Shown: piece by piece, positions 27,648 through 35,776 of the stretch
Numbering within the stretch: position 1 is the stretch's first letter
How the letters are laid out: the number at the start of each line of letters is the position of its first letter
Origin: a virus
Strand: one strand, 5' to 3'
Virus record (IMG/VR): IMGVR_UViG_3300045988_103857
DNA: 64,000 bases
Translations under genes and position numbers: made by a program
Notes under the pieces: generated by a model
Told to the model about the DNA's origin: nothing
The model's input: the letters and a program-made list of their open reading frames with translations, nothing else
Databases searched by the model: none

Positions 27648-29075
27648 ATGACAAACGAACAGAAAACAGTTCTCAGGAAGATTATTTATGCGGTCGAAAC
27701 TGGCGGACAGGTTTACGGACAACAGGATTATTCGGACTTCACGGAAGCCTATACGAATAACTCAGATGAACACGCAATTACAATCGGTGCAGGAGCGTGG
27801 TACGGAACCGAAGCCAAGGCACTTTTGGAACGAATTTACGATGCCGACCCGGAACAGTGGGAGAAGATAGACGAAGTCAGACTTTTGGAACAAGTTCAGA
27901 CCGCTAATTGGGAATGCTTCAATATTTCCAGACTATCACAACTTGCCGACACTATAGTTGCCCTTATTTCGTCCGATTTGGGCGTTAAATGCCAAGATAG
28001 CCTTATGGATGAACAATTAGCCATCTATGCAGACGAAGCCATTAAACAGGGCGTTACGGACGCTAGAGCGCAAGCTATGTGTGTGAACTTTAGACACCAA
28101 GGCGGACAGGGAGCAGTAACGAGGATTCTGGCAAAGACTCAGAAGCCATATACGCTCGATAATCTCTATGCAGCTTGTCAGACGGACACAGGGAATCAAG
28201 TCGGGGCATATGAGAGCAGGCAGAGATTTGTTTATGGCGCATTAAAGACATATTTTCCAGAAAGTGAGGAGACAGACATGAACGCAATTGATAAATTAAT
28301 CCAGATCGCAAAGAATGAAACCGGATATCTTGAAAAGGCAAGTAATAGTCAGCTTGATAGTAAGACAGCAAATGCCGGAGAAAATAATTATACGAAATAT
28401 TGGCGTGATATTAAGCCGGATTATCAAGGACAGCCATGGTGTGCTGCATTTGTTTCGTGGTGCATGATGAAAGCATTCGGCTTAGACACAGCGAAGAAAC
28501 TTTTGAAACACTGGCCATACGTTTATTGCCCGACAATGGCGGATTTGTTTACTCTGAACGGCAATCCAAAAGTCGGAGACATTGTTATTTTCTACAGAAA
28601 CGGAGAATTTACGCATACTGGAATCGTAATAAAAGTGTCAGGAGATCGGTTCTGGACAGTCGAAGGAAATACTTCTGGTGGCTCTACAATTATCGCAAAT
28701 GGTGGTGGTGTATGCCAGAAAAGTTACTACAACAGCAACCTTCCCGGAACAAAATTCTGCACTCCAAATTACAGTTTAGTTAAAAATACAACGTCAGTTT
28801 CAGACTCAGATACAGTCAAAAAACAGAACACTAGAGCCTACATTGCGCAGATTAAAAAAGGCACAAAATGTTATACAAAATCAAACAAAAACAGCCCATC
28901 TAAACTGTTCCCAAAACTGAAAAAAGGTGCAGTTGTAGAGGTGATGAAGTACACGGAAACCGACAGTTCAGGGCTGAAATGGTACTTCATCCGCATCCCG
29001 CATCCGACAGAAGGGTTTGTTTTTGAATTTGTTCCAAAGGGAACGTTTACCAGAATCACAGAAATTTCTAAATGA
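27648..29075 (+). CDS. endolysin: N-terminal domain of unclear type + CHAP amidase/peptidase + C-terminal SH3-like binding domain
   Basis: CHAP signature QPWCAAFVSWC ... FTHTGIVI ... TVEGNTS. The C-terminal segment AQIKKGTKCYTK...GAVVEVMKY...WYFIRIP is SH3-like. Confidence 0.8.
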   Translation: MTNEQKTVLRKIIYAVETGGQVYGQQDYSDFTEAYTNNSDEHAITIGAGAWYGTEAKALLERIYDADPEQWEKIDEVRLLEQVQTANWECFNISRLSQLADTIVALISSDLGVKCQDSLMDEQLAIYADEAIKQGVTDARAQAMCVNFRHQGGQGAVTRILAKTQKPYTLDNLYAACQTDTGNQVGAYESRQRFVYGALKTYFPESEETDMNAIDKLIQIAKNETGYLEKASNSQLDSKTANAGENNYTKYWRDIKPDYQGQPWCAAFVSWCMMKAFGLDTAKKLLKHWPYVYCPTMADLFTLNGNPKVGDIVIFYRNGEFTHTGIVIKVSGDRFWTVEGNTSGGSTIIANGGGVCQKSYYNSNLPGTKFCTPNYSLVKNTTSVSDSDTVKKQNTRAYIAQIKKGTKCYTKSNKNSPSKLFPKLKKGAVVEVMKYTETDSSGLKWYFIRIPHPTEGFVFEFVPKGTFTRITEISK

Positions 29076-29169
29076 CAGTTGTAATATGACTTTTATAATG
29101 CTATAATAAAATGTGTTTGATATAGTAGTTCGTATTGCAAACCTTTTATTTATTAAGTGTTAACAATGA

Positions 29170-29210
29170 GAATGACCGCCAATTACTCCTTCCCGGGTTG
29201 GCGGTCATTC
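29170..29210. terminator. bidirectional terminator between convergent endolysin and LytTR genes
   Basis: 13-bp perfect stem GAATGACCGCCAA/TTGGCGGTCATTC. Confidence 0.6.
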
Positions 29211-29217
29211 TTCACTG

Positions 29218-29916
29218 TCAACTTATGTAATTTTCATATTTTTCTTTGATTTCTTTTGACCCATTCTGTCTTATCTGGACAATGTCCCCAGAATCCATGA
29301 CGAAATTATCACCTGCCGACTGAATATGATCCATGTTCACCAGATAACTCTGATGGCAACGTAAGAATCGCTTATCAGACAGCTTTTCTTCCAGATCGTT
29401 CAGCTTGCAAGTGGTCACGAAACATCGGTTATTTGTAGCGAAAATATGGCAAACTCTTGCCTGACTTTCGACGTACTCAATTTCATCGTATTTGAGCCGG
29501 TTTATCTGCCTACGGAATTTGAACGTCAATGTTTCATCCCTCATCTGTGACAGAATCTCGTCAATAGCCCGGTATATTCTGCCGTATTCCTTGCCCTTGA
29601 CCGCATACTGCATAGCGCCGACGTCAAACGCTTCTTGCAGATGAGAATCGTCGGCTGTCCAGAATATAATCTTTCCATCATATCCAATATCCCGGAGCCG
29701 GTTCGCAATCTCCAAACCGTTCTCATTTTCCAGAATCATATCCAGTACAATTACATCGTACCATTTACCCTCTTTCACATCTTCAACAAGCGGATAACCT
29801 GCCGAATACTCGCTAATTTCATACCGGTAATCTCCTTTGCGCCGCAAGAATCCCGATATGTGCTCTTTAAACAAGTCAACTTCAAGCTGATTATCGTCAC
29901 ATATGGCTATTCTCAT
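29218..29916 (-). CDS. LytTR-family response regulator (orphan; no adjacent histidine kinase)
   Basis: Receiver domain MRIAICDDNQ...VIVLDMIL with a C-terminal LytTR pattern (YVESQARVCHIFATNN...FLRCHQSYLVNMDHI). AGGAGG RBS before the ATG at 29916. Confidence 0.8.
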   Translation of the reverse strand: MRIAICDDNQLEVDLFKEHISGFLRRKGDYRYEISEYSAGYPLVEDVKEGKWYDVIVLDMILENENGLEIANRLRDIGYDGKIIFWTADDSHLQEAFDVGAMQYAVKGKEYGRIYRAIDEILSQMRDETLTFKFRRQINRLKYDEIEYVESQARVCHIFATNNRCFVTTCKLNDLEEKLSDKRFLRCHQSYLVNMDHIQSAGDNFVMDSGDIVQIRQNGSKEIKEKYENYIS

Positions 29917-30167
29917 ATGCGCGCCCTCCTTTCGTAGTCTCAATTTTGCCAAAATACGCAATGATTTTGACAGCACACACATTTTTCTTCCTGTTCGTGG
30001 TATTATTGTCCCACAAACAAAGTGTAGCACTTAAAATTGTTAGTGTAAAGCGCTAAAGTTTGACATAATTCGCAAAATATGGTTTCTGTGTCCGGGAGGA
30101 TGTGTGGATAGAGAGACTGCCTGCGAGAACGACAGGCAAAAGAAAGAGGGGCGGTTGCCCCTCTTGT

Positions 30168-30968
30168 TTATTTCGCTAAATACAAAACTGAAACAGTATC
30201 TATTTTTACGCACATTCCATTCTCTAACGGTAGATTCCCAATTTCACTGGAATACAAAGAATTAATGCTTTCTAAGTCAGAATCAAGACTTTCTTTATAT
30301 TTTTTTGAAGCGACATGGTATTCTTCTGAATGTTCGTAATCATCATTCTTATAATCATCGTAGCTGTCATATACGCTGATAATTCCTGCTCCGTCGGTTA
30401 TTGAAAAGGTGTACTTTCCGGCAGGAATATCTTCGCCAATAATATAAACACCTGGATTTAGCCTGCCGGTATTATCAAGAGAATCGTTTTCCTGAGAATT
30501 AGAATTTTCGCTTTCCACGTCTTTTAAAACAGCTTCTTTTAATTTAGTTCCGTCTGAAAGACGCGTGATTGATAGCGAATCATCCCAAATTGAGCAAGCC
30601 AGAGTATCATTTTTGAAATTCCAAACGTTTGTTAGAACTACTCCATCATAACCGCTCTTATAGAAATCATCGGTAACATAATCATAATCATACCAATCCT
30701 GCTGAGATGCTTCCGACAATACACTGGAAACCTTTGAAGCAAATGTGCCAACTTCATCATCTGGCACGTTCTCACTTATAACGATGCTTAGATGCAAGGA
30801 TTTAGTGTTTTTGTCAATCACACATTCAGATGCTTCGACAAACCCATCTTCACCATTGATCTTATTAAGCATTTCATTAATGTTGTCAAAGGAAGTAGCA
30901 CTGGCATTGACAGGCGAAATGCATAAAAAAGCACACATCGTTATAATTCCGCAAACTCTCTTTTTCAT
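30168..30968 (-). CDS. secreted protein of unknown function
   Basis: Signal peptide MKKRVCGIITMCAFLCISPVNASA. The C-terminal PGVYIIGEDIPAGKYTF motif is common in Firmicutes extracellular proteins. Confidence 0.55.
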   Translation of the reverse strand: MKKRVCGIITMCAFLCISPVNASATSFDNINEMLNKINGEDGFVEASECVIDKNTKSLHLSIVISENVPDDEVGTFASKVSSVLSEASQQDWYDYDYVTDDFYKSGYDGVVLTNVWNFKNDTLACSIWDDSLSITRLSDGTKLKEAVLKDVESENSNSQENDSLDNTGRLNPGVYIIGEDIPAGKYTFSITDGAGIISVYDSYDDYKNDDYEHSEEYHVASKKYKESLDSDLESINSLYSSEIGNLPLENGMCVKIDTVSVLYLAK

Positions 30969-30984
30969 AAAACCCTCTTTTCTG

Positions 30985-31233
30985 CTAAAGAAATCTCATA
31001 TACTGCACTGCAATAAAAACTACTTCAATAATTCCGACAATAATTCCGAACCATGAGCCAATATGCCTATATTCCTCTTTCTTTGTGCCAATATCTACTA
31101 ATCCTACAATTGCTCCTGCCAGAGCCAGTGGAAACGACAGGATAATTGGCAATGGAAGAATGAATGCCACACCTGCCAGAATACAGGAAATGACGCTCAG
31201 GGTTGAATCTTTCTTCTTTTCGCCTTTGCTCAT
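30985..31233 (-). CDS. small integral membrane protein
   Basis: Three predicted hydrophobic helices. GGGAGGGG RBS. Confidence 0.5.
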   Translation of the reverse strand: MSKGEKKKDSTLSVISCILAGVAFILPLPIILSFPLALAGAIVGLVDIGTKKEEYRHIGSWFGIIVGIIEVVFIAVQYMRFL

Positions 31234-31413
31234 ACAATCCCCTCCCTTGTTAAAATTTTATAATATTATACCACCTCATACAAACTGTGCATAGTAAAAT
31301 ATTAAAAAAGTAGATTATTTTTGTAGAAAAACTCCATGATTTTACACTTCCCGGAAAAATCACACAAGTTTGTGCTATAATGCGTGATATATTTTTAGAA
31401 AGAGTTGGTAATA

Positions 31414-31776
31414 ATGAAGAAGAACAGATACAGGATAGTCGTACTCATCCTGATATTTTACGAAATATTCTGTGCGGTGCATATACCGTCACATGATATA
31501 GCAGAACGGCACCGCAGAGATGTGCAGATCACAAAGGAAGTTACGGAACAAATTTGTTCCGCCCAGATGCAGGAGTTGAACGAGATCAAAGAAATTTGCA
31601 ATGTCAGATGTTATATTTGTGAAAGCGCAATTTTCTTTGGAATTGAGAAGTTTGCCTATGAAATAACAAAAGTCCATGTGTATATTTGGCAGTTGCCACG
31701 GGGAAATATTGATGGTATAATGTTGAAAACGAACTTATGTTCGGTTCTATTTCCCACAGCCGGACATATACTGTGA
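31414..31776 (+). CDS. hypothetical protein with N-terminal TM segment
   Basis: ATG inside ORF 31405..31776, with the segment RIVVLILIFYEIFCAV. Confidence 0.35.
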   Translation: MKKNRYRIVVLILIFYEIFCAVHIPSHDIAERHRRDVQITKEVTEQICSAQMQELNEIKEICNVRCYICESAIFFGIEKFAYEITKVHVYIWQLPRGNIDGIMLKTNLCSVLFPTAGHIL

Positions 31777-31809
31777 TGTAGGTGGTAGTTGTGACAGGGA
31801 GGGCTATTT

Positions 31810-31920
31810 ATGGATTATAAGAAAGAGATTATTGAAATGGTGCAAAAGATAGATAGTGAAAAATTTATGAAATTCTTGTACAACATGATTGTTTCATTCA
31901 AGAGTCAATGGGGATATTAG
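31810..31920 (+). CDS. 36-aa hypothetical peptide
   Basis: ORF below the track cutoff (MDYKKEIIEMVQKIDSEKFMKFLYNMIVSFKSQWGY), convergent with the repressor gene. Confidence 0.3.
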   Translation: MDYKKEIIEMVQKIDSEKFMKFLYNMIVSFKSQWGY

Positions 31921-31936
31921 AAAAAAAGACAGGGAA

Positions 31937-32290
31937 TTAATCCCTGCCTTTTTTGTGAAGAAATTCAATCATGTCGAAAACGCTTTTCTGATCAGATTCG
32001 CTTAATTCAATTAGTAACTTAACATGTTCAACGATATTTGAATTTGACATCAATTTTGGAATAAAATCTGTGTCTGTTTCTAAATTATTTTCCCAACCCA
32101 TTAGATAAGCCGGAGTAGTACGAAGTGCTTTGGATAATACATTCATATATTCGGCAGGAACTTTATCAATATCGCCTTTTTCATATCTGAATATAGTAGA
32201 CCTTGACACTCCCAATTTTTCTGCTAACTCATCAGCACTCATATTAAGTTGTTTTCTTCTTTCTTTTATTCGTTCGCCAGTTTCCGACAT
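31937..32290 (-). CDS. CI-like XRE-family phage repressor
   Basis: HTH segment IKERRKQLNMSADELAEKLGVSRSTIFRYEKG. It is divergent from a cro-like gene across an operator-rich intergenic region. Confidence 0.85.
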   Translation of the reverse strand: MSETGERIKERRKQLNMSADELAEKLGVSRSTIFRYEKGDIDKVPAEYMNVLSKALRTTPAYLMGWENNLETDTDFIPKLMSNSNIVEHVKLLIELSESDQKSVFDMIEFLHKKGRD

Positions 32291-32330
32291 TTTTCACACC
32301 TCCTTTCTGAATACATAATAACACTAATGA

Positions 32331-32429
32331 TGCAAAAATGCAACAAAAATAATTGCAAAAATGCGATTTTATATATTGACATATGCGACACTTTGGCGTA
32401 ATATATAATCACAAAGTTGCATTAATGCT
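32331..32429. promoter_or_regulatory. lysis-lysogeny switch: three TGCAnnAATGC operator-like sites and a rightward promoter TTGACA-17-TAATAT (32376..32404)
   Basis: TGCAAAAATGCA at 32331, TGCAAAAATGCG at 32354 and TGCATTAATGCT at 32418. The consensus -35 and near-consensus -10 are spaced 17 nt apart. Confidence 0.6.
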
Positions 32430-32449
32430 ACTGGAAAGGAGGAACGCGA

Positions 32450-32662
32450 ATGGTTGTTAATATAGCTAGACTTAAAGGAAAAATCGTTGAACGTGGAAAC
32501 ACTCAGGAAGCTGTTGCAAATGCAATTGGAATGGACAGAAGCACATTCTACAGAAAACTAAAAGATGGCGGAGAGAAATTTACAATCGGAGAAATCCACG
32601 GAATCGTAAATGCAGTTCCTTTAAGCAAAGAGGAAGCTATAGATATTTTTTTTACATCATAG
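32450..32662 (+). CDS. Cro-like HTH regulator
   Basis: 70 aa with HTH segment QEAVANAIGMDRSTFYRKL. It is the first gene of the rightward early operon. Confidence 0.65.
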   Translation: MVVNIARLKGKIVERGNTQEAVANAIGMDRSTFYRKLKDGGEKFTIGEIHGIVNAVPLSKEEAIDIFFTS

Positions 32663-32704
32663 TCGCATTATTGCGACTTAAATATATTACACGAAAGGAG
32701 ACAA

Positions 32705-33397
32705 ATGAACAGCTTACAGATTTTTAACTCAGAAGAGTTCGGAGAAATCCGAACAATAGAAATTGACGGGAAACCGTATTTTGTTGGAACAGATGTTGCG
32801 AAAGCACTTGGATACAGCAATCCGAGAAAAGCCATTCTTGACCATTGCAAGGGAGTAACGAAACGTGACACCCCTACATCTAGTGGCGTTCAGTCAATGT
32901 CATACATAAATGAGGGAGATTTGTACCGCCTGATTATGAAATCAAAACTTCCGTCAGCGGAGAAATTCGAGTCATGGGTTATGGACGAAGTTCTCCCGGC
33001 AATCCGCAAGACGGGTTCATACCAGAAACCGATGACCGTAGCAGAACAGATTCAGTTACTGGCTCAGGGCAATCAAGACCATGAGGAACGAATCGAGAAA
33101 CTTGAGAACACAATGACCATCGACTACGGGCAGCAGAAATATCTTGGAGATTTAGTTTCCAGAGTAGTAATCGAAGTGCTAGGTGGCAAGAAATCCAATG
33201 CTTACGACGAGATCGGCAAGAAAGTATTTGCAGAATGCAACCGGGATGTCAAAACTTACTTTGATGTAAATGCCCGGAATAACATTCCAAAACTGAGGTA
33301 TCAGGAAGCAGTTGAATATATCAAGGAATGGACGCCATGTGCAAATACAAAGATTATGATTCGAGACTGCAATGCACAGGGAAGATTAGCTGAGTAG
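32705..33397 (+). CDS. antirepressor (BRO-N domain + C-terminal ORF6C/KilAC-like domain)
   Basis: The segment IFNSEEFGEIRTIEIDGKPYFVGTDVAKALGY...EGDLYRLIMKSKLPSAEKFESWVMDEVLPAIRKTG is a classic BRO-N pattern. Confidence 0.8.
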   Translation: MNSLQIFNSEEFGEIRTIEIDGKPYFVGTDVAKALGYSNPRKAILDHCKGVTKRDTPTSSGVQSMSYINEGDLYRLIMKSKLPSAEKFESWVMDEVLPAIRKTGSYQKPMTVAEQIQLLAQGNQDHEERIEKLENTMTIDYGQQKYLGDLVSRVVIEVLGGKKSNAYDEIGKKVFAECNRDVKTYFDVNARNNIPKLRYQEAVEYIKEWTPCANTKIMIRDCNAQGRLAE

Positions 33398-33408
33398 GAG
33401 GAAAACAA

Positions 33409-33651
33409 ATGAAAAATATTGATAGCCGATTACACATACCTGGTGACAATGATGAAATTTTTCATTCTATTATCGGCTTTAAACTTGTCGATATATCAGC
33501 AGGCACAAGTGGAAGTCAAGAAGAACCGACGCTTTTATTAAAGTTTGTGAATGAACACCATGTTGAGATTGATGTCGTTATTCAAGAATCTGGCGTGTTT
33601 GTCACTGAACCATTTGCAGTAAAAGAAGATTTAACCGTTGTTGATGATTGA
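33409..33651 (+). CDS. hypothetical protein
   Basis: GGAGG RBS, 80 aa. Confidence 0.4.
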   Translation: MKNIDSRLHIPGDNDEIFHSIIGFKLVDISAGTSGSQEEPTLLLKFVNEHHVEIDVVIQESGVFVTEPFAVKEDLTVVDD

Positions 33652-33971
33652 AAAGGAGAATGCAAGTCGAACATTTTAAACGCCATTCCCCTGTCAGCAA
33701 TGTTGGTTATTTGCAGTTATGTTTCTTAACGGCACGGGAACAGTAAATGCGGCGGAAGAAAGACAGGACTGGTTTGCACAATCACACTTGGAATTGTTGC
33801 TATGATTCTTGCAGTTCGGAAACTTTTTCACCGTGTTGATGAAAACCATCAATATGCGGTAATAATTGCAAAATTTTATCTCATTTCATTTTACCCGGCA
33901 TGGCGGTACCTGTAAGGACATTATAAGGAGATACAGAATAAAACTCAATATCATATCGGAGGGATATAAAA

Positions 33972-34145
33972 ATGGCAAAAGCATTAATCCTATCAGCTCT
34001 GATCGGCGGTATGTCACCGTACCTGCCGTTCTGGAGATTTGACAGTGCATCACAGCCGGTTGCAGTAGCAATCGTAATGTTTATCTTATCATTCGTGGTT
34101 ATTTACCCGGATGAAATTAAAAGAATCGGAGGGAAAGAAAGATGA
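33972..34145 (+). CDS. 57-aa membrane peptide
   Basis: GGAGGG RBS, two hydrophobic segments, ATGA overlap with the next gene. It is below the track cutoff. Confidence 0.4.
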   Translation: MAKALILSALIGGMSPYLPFWRFDSASQPVAVAIVMFILSFVVIYPDEIKRIGGKER

Positions 34146-34414
34146 TTGAGACAAAAATGGGAGAAATCAAACTTAAAGGCAGTAAAGCAGAATTAATAGC
34201 TGACTTAGCTGTTATCGTTCGTGGAATCAAAGAAACCATTATGGAAGACGGCAAAGAAACAGAGGAATCTGTGAAGCAGGAGATTAACGAAGCGGTCAAA
34301 ATCGGACTGATGAACGAAGAAGAATTTAAAACTATTCAAAAAGAAAAAATCAAAGAAGTTGTAAAAACATTATTTGGTGATTTACTTGGAGGGCTTTTCG
34401 ATGAAGATAAATGA
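34142..34414 (+). CDS. hypothetical protein
   Basis: Coupled ORF, 90 aa, E/K-rich. Confidence 0.4.
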   Translation: MIETKMGEIKLKGSKAELIADLAVIVRGIKETIMEDGKETEESVKQEINEAVKIGLMNEEEFKTIQKEKIKEVVKTLFGDLLGGLFDEDK

Positions 34415-34697
34415 ATTTGATAAGACCGTAGATGAGCTGTACCAGTTGTGCAGGAGAGTTCAGAAAGAAACCGGCAGAACGGTAGCATTTCATTTCGCAA
34501 ACTACAAGATCGGATGCAGCTTGCACATCAACATATATAAGAAAGAATCCTTAAGAGAGTTTGATATGTACAGCATTGTAGAGGGCGGTTGTCAGCAGGA
34601 AGAAAATGTGAAGAAAGTAACTGACCATTTGAACAAAATTTTGATGGACAACAAATGCCCGTATTGTGAGGGAGATTGCAATGAAGAAAGAAAATAA
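34401..34697 (+). CDS. hypothetical protein with C-terminal CxxC..C motif
   Basis: GGAGGG RBS before the internal ATG of ORF 34374..34697. Confidence 0.4.
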   Translation: MKINEFDKTVDELYQLCRRVQKETGRTVAFHFANYKIGCSLHINIYKKESLREFDMYSIVEGGCQQEENVKKVTDHLNKILMDNKCPYCEGDCNEERK

Positions 34698-34845
34698 GAT
34701 GGATTTCAGAGCAGAGACCGTAGCCGAGGAATACGCCGAATTAGTTGGCAGACTAAAGGCGTTCAAAGCATACCTCAACTCTGGCGAGAGCATAATCATC
34801 GACAAGAAAATATGTATCGCCATGTTAGGTCTCGACTCAGATTAA
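34681..34845 (+). CDS. 54-aa hypothetical protein
   Basis: ORF below the track cutoff, overlapping the previous gene's 3' end. Confidence 0.3.
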   Translation: MKKENKMDFRAETVAEEYAELVGRLKAFKAYLNSGESIIIDKKICIAMLGLDSD

Positions 34846-34976
34846 AAGTTGGCTCCATGGGTACCGGAAATACCACATGGAGCCGCGTATCTAACTTAAT
34901 TTGGCTAAGTTAAATACAGGACAAGTATAACACACCTTCCTGTATTTATCAAATAAATAATTAGGAGGGCATTTTT

Positions 34977-35174
34977 ATGTCTAAAACACACACATCCAAC
35001 GAACAGAAACCACTTGCAAGCGAGATTATTTGTGATCTGGAAGCAGAAAACGCAAAACTCGAAGCGAGAAACAAGAAACTCAGTAACATTATTTTGAAGC
35101 AGGCAGCAGTTCTTGTGGAGACATTATTGCTGTTGAATGAAGAAGGTGATTTAGGAAATGAAGATGCGAGATGA
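34977..35174 (+). CDS. small coiled-coil protein
   Basis: AGGAGG RBS, 65 aa. Confidence 0.4.
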   Translation: MSKTHTSNEQKPLASEIICDLEAENAKLEARNKKLSNIILKQAAVLVETLLLLNEEGDLGNEDAR

Positions 35175-35775
35175 GAACCAGGTGCTTTTATCAGGTGACA
35201 TTCCGGCAGGGTTCGTATTCTCACATGAAGAATACGGTGGAACCAAGATGTACGAGGGAAGAATGACAATATTCAGAAAGAATGCATCCTATGACATTCT
35301 TCCAATTATTGCACCAGAGCACATGATTTCAAGAGAAACAGAGCTGATTGCTAGTGTATATGGTGAAATGCGAAGCCGTACAGTCCGAGAAGATGGAAAG
35401 AAAAGCCTTACAGCGTATGTAAGAGCAATGGACATTCAGTATCTTGAAAGACTGGAAGAACACGATGCGAACGAAGTTTATCTGACTGGATATCTGATTA
35501 AAAAGCCGACAATAAAGATGATTGGCGCGAACAACTACAGGAAGCTGGCAAGAATACTTCTGGCAGTAAACAGAAAGAAGAAAGCCGGATATACCAGATC
35601 AGATGCAATCAGTTGTTTATGCTGGGAGGAAAACGCAGATGCCGTAGAAAATCTGAAAAAGGGAGCAAAAATCAAACTCTGCGGAAGATTCCAAAGCCGG
35701 GAACTGTGGTCTGATCAGAGTCAATCATGGGTAACCGCGTTGGAGGTATCAGTAAAAAGATTGGAGATTTTGTAA
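35158..35775 (+). CDS. single-stranded DNA-binding protein-like (OB-fold)
   Basis: The pattern LLAVNRKKK...SDAISCLCWEENA...GAKIKLCGRFQSRE resembles Clostridia phage SSB-like proteins. It sits at the head of the recombination module. Confidence 0.6.
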   Translation: MKMRDENQVLLSGDIPAGFVFSHEEYGGTKMYEGRMTIFRKNASYDILPIIAPEHMISRETELIASVYGEMRSRTVREDGKKSLTAYVRAMDIQYLERLEEHDANEVYLTGYLIKKPTIKMIGANNYRKLARILLAVNRKKKAGYTRSDAISCLCWEENADAVENLKKGAKIKLCGRFQSRELWSDQSQSWVTALEVSVKRLEIL

Positions 35776-35776
35776 T

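Noticed and set aside
31810-31920. The 36-aa peptide next to the repressor as an arbitrium-like communication peptide.
   Set aside because: It has no signal sequence and there is no adjacent receptor (AimR-like TPR) gene. It is kept only as a low-confidence small ORF.
33652-33971. A possible membrane-protein gene in the 320-nt gap after 33409..33651. One frame gives hydrophobic segments on both sides of a TAA.
   Set aside because: There is no start codon for the upstream part, and only a 28-33-aa ATG ORF with weak support. It is most simply decayed or non-coding sequence, so it is not reported as a feature.
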